This document shows positions 58,516 through 64,000 of a stretch of 64,000 bases of DNA, piece by piece. A program made the translations under genes and the position numbers. Under the pieces are notes generated by a model. That model made no database searches. It was not told the origin of the DNA and saw nothing but the letters and a program-made list of their open reading frames with translations. The stretch comes from an uncultured Acidobacteriota bacterium (GTDB taxonomy: Bacteria > Acidobacteriota > UBA6911). The DNA lies in assembly GCA_963843575.1 (NCBI GenBank), contig CAWJKZ010000011.1:32001-96000 (forward strand). The letters are read 5' to 3'. Every line of letters begins with the position of its first letter. The stretch's first letter is position 1.

Positions 58516-58941
58516 TCAGGCCGGCTTGGCCTTGAGCACCCCCAGTTGCAGCAGCAGGCCCGTGAAGTCATAGATGCTTCGCATCCTGGCGATGCTCCCG
58601 TCCCGGAACTCCAGGACGAACACCCCGTCGAGGCGAAACGTCCGTCCGGTGCCCGAAAGCCCGCAGAAATCCCCCGAGTGACTGCCCCGCTGAGACCAGA
58701 CGAGCGCAACCCGATCCCCGTCGATCAAGCGCTGTTCGACCTCGAAAGCCATGTCCGGGAACGCCGAGAACCAGGAGCGGTAGAGCGATTCGATGGCCTC
58801 GCGTCCCCGCACCTGGCCGGCCAGCATGCTGTCGTACACGCCGTCCTCGGCGTGCGCCCGGCTGAGGGCCGCGGCGTCACACCTTCCCCAAGCCTGCATC
58901 CACTCTGCCACAACCGCCTCGACGCGTTGACGATCCATCAT
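58516..58941 (-). CDS. SnoaL-like ester cyclase (NTF2 fold)
   Basis: GREAI..AFPDM..GDRVA..GSHSG.F.G..TGR pattern. Confidence 0.85.
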   Translation of the reverse strand: MMDRQRVEAVVAEWMQAWGRCDAAALSRAHAEDGVYDSMLAGQVRGREAIESLYRSWFSAFPDMAFEVEQRLIDGDRVALVWSQRGSHSGDFCGLSGTGRTFRLDGVFVLEFRDGSIARMRSIYDFTGLLLQLGVLKAKPA

Positions 58942-59203
58942 CACCCCCTCCAAGCCCGGGAGTTGCCTGTTTCACTGTTGATGGTCGATGGCGGGAAGAT
59001 GAGCTGAAACCAGGAGCCGCCCAACCTCTCATCCGGTGTGGCTGCGGCCGGGAAGACGCTTCTGCCAGGAAATCCGCACCCGGAAGGGGTCCGGCGACTG
59101 CTCGCGCGCAACGAGTTTGCCGTCGGCCATTGCGCCGGTCTTTCTTCACTCGATAATAGCCCGTGAGTTCGTGAGAAGCCAGAAGAGCCAGAAGCCATTA
59201 ACA

Positions 59204-59294
59204 CAGCAGGACGCGGATTCCCGCGGGTTTCGCCGATTTACCCGGCCTGTCACCAAGTCGGCATTTTAGTGTATCCGCGTACTTCTGCGTCCTG
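59204..59294. repeat. Repeat family D doublet
   Basis: CAGCAGGACGCGGATT ... ATCCGCGTACTTCTGCGTCCTG. Confidence 0.6.
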
Positions 59295-59387
59295 GAAACG
59301 TCGGCGCGTTTCTGAACACGGGTACGAAGTCTTGTCGGGACAATGCCGGGCACCGGGGATATACCCCGGCCAAACCCGGCGAGCCGC

Positions 59388-60200
59388 CTACGGGTTGAAA
59401 GGGACGGAGACCGTGATGGTGCTCCTGAGGTTGGTGCCGTCCCGGTGTGCCGGCTTAAACCGGCATCTGGCCACCGCCCGCGCCGCAGCGGGGCGCAACA
59501 TCGACGGTCCCCTGACCGCGACGGCGCGCACCACCTTCCCCCGCTCGTCGACGTCCGCCCGGACGTCCACCACGCCCCCGATGCCGAGCCTTCTCGCCCT
59601 GGACGGGTATGTGGGAACGATCTTGTCTATGGCGACCGCCGGGCCCACGGAACCTTGACCCGGCGCGGGTGCGCCCTGTGGCGGAGACGGCGGCGCCGTC
59701 TTGGAACGGGCCAGCCCAAACGGATCGACCCAATAGAGCAGGTTGAGAAGGCAAAGCAGCGCCGCCGAGGCAGACGCCCAGGCGAGCACGCGCGCCCGTC
59801 TTTGCTCGGCGCGGCGAAGCCGAAGAGTCTGCGTATCGTGCATCGCCTTGAAGCTGTGGGGAAACCGGTCATCCTCGGCCTTGTCGATGGACGGCGGGGG
59901 CGCGACGTCGTCCATGAGCAGGATATCGATGTTGCGGTATGGGAGAGGCCTGGTCGCCGGTTGGGACGCATCGCCCGGTTTCGCTTCTTCGCCAGCCGAA
60001 CCGGCGGCGGCTTGGGTCTGCGCATCCTGCGGCGCTTCCGGCACCAAAACGTCGGGCGCCGACGCCCTGCGGGTTTGCCCGGCCGCATCCCGAGCCGCGC
60101 CTTCCAGGGAGTCGCTGAGGTCGTTCAGTTCCGACAGAAAGTCGGACACCATCTTGTCGACGTCGCGCGAGCCGTCCATTTCGGCCATGGCATTCGTCAC
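59388..60200 (-). CDS. Single-pass membrane protein with TonB C-terminal domain
   Basis: TM helix, Pro-rich linker, PTYPSRARRLGIGGVV..VDERGKV..FKPA. Confidence 0.8.
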   Translation of the reverse strand: MTNAMAEMDGSRDVDKMVSDFLSELNDLSDSLEGAARDAAGQTRRASAPDVLVPEAPQDAQTQAAAGSAGEEAKPGDASQPATRPLPYRNIDILLMDDVAPPPSIDKAEDDRFPHSFKAMHDTQTLRLRRAEQRRARVLAWASASAALLCLLNLLYWVDPFGLARSKTAPPSPPQGAPAPGQGSVGPAVAIDKIVPTYPSRARRLGIGGVVDVRADVDERGKVVRAVAVRGPSMLRPAAARAVARCRFKPAHRDGTNLRSTITVSVPFNP

Positions 60201-61591
60201 CTGGGAACGCGCTCGCGCAAAACCGGCGCGGCTCCCGTTGCGGCCTGAAGCTCCGTGCCTGTTCGACGGGCCGCCTCCGAGTCGCCGAACGGGCCGAGGT
60301 AGACGACATACCAGCCTTCGTCATCCAGCCCTGGATGGTGCACGACGAACGACGGGAAATTCAGCCCCTTCAGCTCCCTTGCGCCCTCTTCCGCCTTGGC
60401 GCTGGTGCGGAACGAATAAACCTGAAGCAAGTATTCCGCCGCAGGCGCAGCGGCGGCGTCCCCCACGGGGGGCTCGGGGGGCGGCGTCTTCACGGTTGAT
60501 GGCGCCCTCTCGGCTGGCGGCGTCTTCACGGTGGGCTGCGTCCGCACGGCTGGCGCCACGGGCTGCGGGTCCAGGCGTTTCGTCCGGGTGGGTTCCGGTC
60601 GTGTTTCGGCCAGTTTGCCGGAGCTCGTGCGCCTGGCGGGCCAGAGCTGCCAGACCAAGAGAGCTAGAAGAAGGGGCAGCAACACGGCAGCAGCTATCTT
60701 GATCCATTTCGATCGGGCACGCGGCGGCTCCTCTTTCCGGGCGAGGTCGGCGACTGACTTGTGGACCATCTGCCGCGTCACCGTGTAGGACCGCTGTCGC
60801 GAGGCCTCTCTCAGGCTTCGGTCGCAGATGATGTTGATGAGCCTCGGGTACCCCTTGGATTGCTTGTGAATCAAGCGCAGCGCGCCGGGCCCGAACCGGA
60901 TCACGTGCGTCCCCCCCGCGACCTGCAGGCGGTGGCGGATGTACTTTTCGGTGTCCTGCCTGGACAGGGTTTCCGTCTGGAACCGGACCGAAACGCGCTG
61001 GTCCAGTTGCCTTAACTCCAGCAGCTTCCTGTCAAACTCGAGCTGTCCCAGGAAAATGATCTGAAGCAGTTTCTTCTTGGTGGTTTCGAGATTCGACAGC
61101 AGCCGGAGCTGTTCCAGCATCTCGAGAGACAGGTTCTGCGATTCGTCGATGATGAGAACCGTGAAGACGTTTTCCCGGGCCCGCTCTGCAAGGAAGGTGT
61201 TGAGGTGATCGATGAGCTCCTTCTTCGTCAAATCCCTCGTCCACGACGCGCCAGAAGCCTGCAGGTCCTCGCCCTCGGGCCAGGCTGCATCGGGACGCAC
61301 CCCGAGATCCTGCAGGATGCACCTCAGCATGTCCACGTCCGGGAGCATCGGATTCTGAATGAGGACCGTGCGGATGTTCTTCTCCCGTTCGATCTTCTGC
61401 AGGAGCGCGCACGAGAGGGTGGTTTTGCCGGTGCCCACGTCGCCAACGATCACGGCGAAGCCTTCCCGTCGCTCTATACCGTAGAGGATTTCCTCGAAAG
61501 CCTGCTTCGTGCGTTCGTTGAGGTATAGAAAGTCCGGATCGGGGGTGAGACTGAAGGCCTTCTGCTTCAGGCCGAAGAAGCTCTCATACAT
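60197..61591 (-). CDS. ExeA/GspA-family AAA ATPase with TM helix and SPOR domain
   Basis: MYESFFGL..AFSLTPDP, GDVGTGKTT, IIDESQNL, GYPRLIN..CD; C-terminal YLLQVYSF..WYVVYLGPF. Confidence 0.88.
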   Translation of the reverse strand: MYESFFGLKQKAFSLTPDPDFLYLNERTKQAFEEILYGIERREGFAVIVGDVGTGKTTLSCALLQKIEREKNIRTVLIQNPMLPDVDMLRCILQDLGVRPDAAWPEGEDLQASGASWTRDLTKKELIDHLNTFLAERARENVFTVLIIDESQNLSLEMLEQLRLLSNLETTKKKLLQIIFLGQLEFDRKLLELRQLDQRVSVRFQTETLSRQDTEKYIRHRLQVAGGTHVIRFGPGALRLIHKQSKGYPRLINIICDRSLREASRQRSYTVTRQMVHKSVADLARKEEPPRARSKWIKIAAAVLLPLLLALLVWQLWPARRTSSGKLAETRPEPTRTKRLDPQPVAPAVRTQPTVKTPPAERAPSTVKTPPPEPPVGDAAAAPAAEYLLQVYSFRTSAKAEEGARELKGLNFPSFVVHHPGLDDEGWYVVYLGPFGDSEAARRTGTELQAATGAAPVLRERVPR

Positions 61592-61635
61592 AACAGGGGG
61601 TCGTTCCGTGTCAGTTCTTCGGATGTCCCGAGCCT

Positions 61636-61663
61636 TGGAGGTGAAATGAAGGATTCACCTCCA
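61636..61663. other. Perfect 10-bp intergenic hairpin
   Basis: TGGAGGTGAA, 8 nt, TTCACCTCCA between the receiver gene and the ExeA-like gene. Confidence 0.45.
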
Positions 61664-61691
61664 GGATTCGAAGCACTCGAAGAATCTCGAA

Positions 61692-62492
61692 CTACTGCTG
61701 CCGTTCTTCTTCGGGGAGCACCATATGCTCGATCGTAGCCCGGCTCTCTTCTACGGCCGCCAACCTCTGCTTCAGCAGGGTGCGCCAGAGGTCCCACTGC
61801 CGGCGCTCGGTCTGGAACTCCTCGATTTGCCGGGCGAGCCGGCTTTCCAGCGCCCGCACATTCTCCTGCAGATGGCGGCGCTCTTCTTCCGACACCTGCA
61901 ACTGTTCTTTCAAAGCGTCAACCGAATCCCGTTGTTCTGCTGCCTCCGGAACCGTTTCGGTTGCCTGCAGGTCCCGCAGCAGAATGCAGCTGGCACCGGT
62001 AGGGTCGCGGCGGGGCGGGACCGCCTTGAGCGCCGTCGGGGATGGGGCAGCTCCCTGGTGCGCTTCTGCAGGTGCCCGGACATAGATCGTCCTGGGCGGG
62101 CCTTGCGCACCCTTTGCCGCACAACGCTGCCCGCAGGCACGGCTCAAGACCTCGGGCAGAGAGTCGACGAAGCCGGCCCGCTTCAAAACACAATCGTCGG
62201 CCCCGGCCCCGACTGCTTCTGCCCCCCAACCGGAATCGTCGGGCCCGGCCAGGCCAATCACCGCAATCGGGATGTTCCAGCCGCGGATCGCCCTCACGAC
62301 TGCGAGCGGATCGCCCTGCTCGAGCGCCGAATCCAGCAGCACGGCGTTGTAACGGCCCGGGATCGTCGACAACCGTATCGCCTCAGGGACGTCCTGGGTG
62401 ATGTCAAGGCGCATGTCGGGTATGCGGCTGGTCAGCTCGTTCCTGATCAAGCCGGCATCCTGCAGGTTTTCTGTTACAAGCAGAATATTCAC
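61692..62492 (-). CDS. Atypical receiver domain + coiled-coil protein
   Basis: NILLV..AVLLD..GADDCVLK receiver fold; E/Q/R-rich C-terminal heptads. Confidence 0.72.
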   Translation of the reverse strand: MNILLVTENLQDAGLIRNELTSRIPDMRLDITQDVPEAIRLSTIPGRYNAVLLDSALEQGDPLAVVRAIRGWNIPIAVIGLAGPDDSGWGAEAVGAGADDCVLKRAGFVDSLPEVLSRACGQRCAAKGAQGPPRTIYVRAPAEAHQGAAPSPTALKAVPPRRDPTGASCILLRDLQATETVPEAAEQRDSVDALKEQLQVSEEERRHLQENVRALESRLARQIEEFQTERRQWDLWRTLLKQRLAAVEESRATIEHMVLPEEERQQ

Positions 62493-62572
62493 GACGGTCG
62501 CTCATCCGTTTGTCGTGCTCGATTATACGCCGGGAGGGGTCTCCGCGATCGAGATTCTGCTGCCGCCCGGTC

Positions 62573-62701
62573 TGGAGTGCGGCGCCTCGGCGCCGCTTTC
62601 GCTTATGCCCTGGCCGGAATACCCGGCGCCTCGGCGCCCTATAGGAAGTGGTGCGGCGCCCAGGCGCCGCACCCATAGCGGCGTCGAGCCGCCGCACTCC
62701 A
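62573..62701. repeat. REP family A cluster (four hairpins)
   Basis: TGGAGTGCGGCGCCTCGGCGCCGCTTT ... AGCGGCGTCGAGCCGCCGCACTCCA. Confidence 0.85.
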
Positions 62702-62706
62702 GATCC

Positions 62707-64000
62707 CTATTGGATCGCCCCGGGGGGAACGGCGGACAGGAAGTTCATTCCCGAGTCCCCGAACAGCTGTTGTGCAATAAGGGGCTGGGTGGAGCGAAGC
62801 GTGATGAACCCCCTCATCTGGCCGGTAGAAGCCGGCACCAACTGTGTCAGCAGTTTCGAGATCCGCGAGTTCGCGCCCAGCTGCAGCGTCGCCTGACCCG
62901 TCTTTGCGCCTGTTTCCGCATAGACCTCCAGGGTGACGGTGGCAGCGGCCTGATTGGGATTGAAGAGGGCGAGGCCGGTGAAGTAGCCGTCGGCATTTGC
63001 GACGTGGTGAAAGACCGCCTGTTTGACCCTGCGGGTCTGAAGCGGAAAACTGGCGGCGAAGTTCATGCTGCGCGGATCGCCGAAAAGGACGTCGCCGAGG
63101 ACCCCCGGCCCGTCCGAGCTCACCGCGAGCGAACCGATCACGGCTGCGGCCGGGTTCAGCGCGAGAGCCTGGACTGCGTCCTGCTCGACGGATTGTCCCG
63201 CGCTCAGGCGCAGTTTTGCCGCCGGTGCCAGTGGGGTGCCGTCGTCGGAGGTCCCCTGAAGCGAAATCGTGCGCGGACTGTCGGACACATTGGTCAACTT
63301 GATGTGCGTGAAGTAATCGGCGGTGTTTGCCAGCTGGGCAGAGTAGAAGGCTGAGGCACCCCACTCGGAAACCGCGTTCAGCCCCAGAACGGTCTTCACC
63401 CCGGGGAACTCGATCAACTCGAACCCGACGGCCCCGTCGCCCGAAGTGACCTGCACGTCGACGTGAGCGCTCGACACCGAGATCCCCTGTCCGAAGAGAT
63501 CGGAAATCGACCGATAAAGAAATCCGCTCGCGGGTATCGACTCGGTGCGGGTGGAGGCAAGCACCTGGCCGGGGTCAGGTCCGAGAAGATTGAGGGACAA
63601 CGTCACCGGCTGACTGGTCGGATTGGCGATGCTGATGTGGGTGACCGCGTCCTGTCCGTGAAATGCCTTGGGACCCTCGAAGACCCGCGTGAACCTGAAA
63701 TGTTTCGCCGCCTGGGTCTGGGCGACGGAGCCGTCGAGTTGTGCCGTGCTGCCGAACTGGAAGAAGCAGCCGATCTCCGTGCTGTCAGCGGTCATCCGGA
63801 TCCACCCCTGTGCGGGAGAAGCCCCTGTGCCGAAGATTTCCTCACCCACTTTTGCCAGCTGGGCGTGGGATTGGAGCGTGAAGCCGGAGGGATTCCTGGG
63901 CAGGGCGAGCGGCTGGCCGTCGGTGCCGAAGGCCGTGAACTGGATGTTGGCGCTGCTGCCTGAGTAGTTCGTGACGGCCAGTCCCGTGTAGGTCGACGGG
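62707..64000 (-). CDS. C-terminal part of a large protein carrying the four-repeat cassette (5' end outside window)
   Basis: Frame is open to the window edge; YTGLAVTNYS, THISIANPT, FTHIKLTNVS, YFTGLALFNPN, ending FLSAVPP. Confidence 0.8.
   Translation of the reverse strand, partial: PSTYTGLAVTNYSGSSANIQFTAFGTDGQPLALPRNPSGFTLQSHAQLAKVGEEIFGTGASPAQGWIRMTADSTEIGCFFQFGSTAQLDGSVAQTQAAKHFRFTRVFEGPKAFHGQDAVTHISIANPTSQPVTLSLNLLGPDPGQVLASTRTESIPASGFLYRSISDLFGQGISVSSAHVDVQVTSGDGAVGFELIEFPGVKTVLGLNAVSEWGASAFYSAQLANTADYFTHIKLTNVSDSPRTISLQGTSDDGTPLAPAAKLRLSAGQSVEQDAVQALALNPAAAVIGSLAVSSDGPGVLGDVLFGDPRSMNFAASFPLQTRRVKQAVFHHVANADGYFTGLALFNPNQAAATVTLEVYAETGAKTGQATLQLGANSRISKLLTQLVPASTGQMRGFITLRSTQPLIAQQLFGDSGMNFLSAVPPGAIQ

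Noticed and set aside
60480-60532. Direct repeat GGCGGCGTCTTCACGGT
   Set aside because: Encodes a duplicated TVKTPP in a Pro-rich linker; ordinary low-complexity coding sequence.

Overview
This is a high-GC bacterial chromosomal window; the gene repertoire and repeat style suggest Acidobacteriota (inference). 380-13645 holds a Tad/Flp pilus locus (flp, cpaB, cpaC, cpaE, cpaF, tadB, tadC). It is extended by an unannotated 32-aa membrane peptide, a DUF192 protein, a TPR+SPOR lipoprotein, an outer-membrane beta-barrel and a large secreted Ig-like protein. The rest is mostly secreted or periplasmic hydrolases (M1, M14, S8, S41 tricorn, GH78, sialidase-like, GH26 fusion), a BlaI/BlaR1-type pair, a B12 radical SAM enzyme, a GT2 and an ExeA-SPOR/TonB_C pair. 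Highlights: (1) a 1421-aa BrxC/DUF6079-like P-loop ATPase fused to a minimal PglZ-like metallophosphoesterase domain, followed by a TPR gene, with no BREX methyltransferase nearby (candidate new BREX-derived two-gene system); (2) an Rpn-family nuclease with a strong internal RBS and in-frame ATG (RpnS-like intragenic antitoxin); (3) a RAYT transposase between 48-bp inverted REP arms whose family recurs at about 12 loci, plus three other REP-like families and a 183-bp nested palindrome; (4) an uncharacterised four-repeat cassette shared by three large proteins. About eight genes carry single-base indels, most likely read or assembly errors. No rRNA, tRNA or CRISPR array was seen. All family calls come from motif recognition, not database searches.
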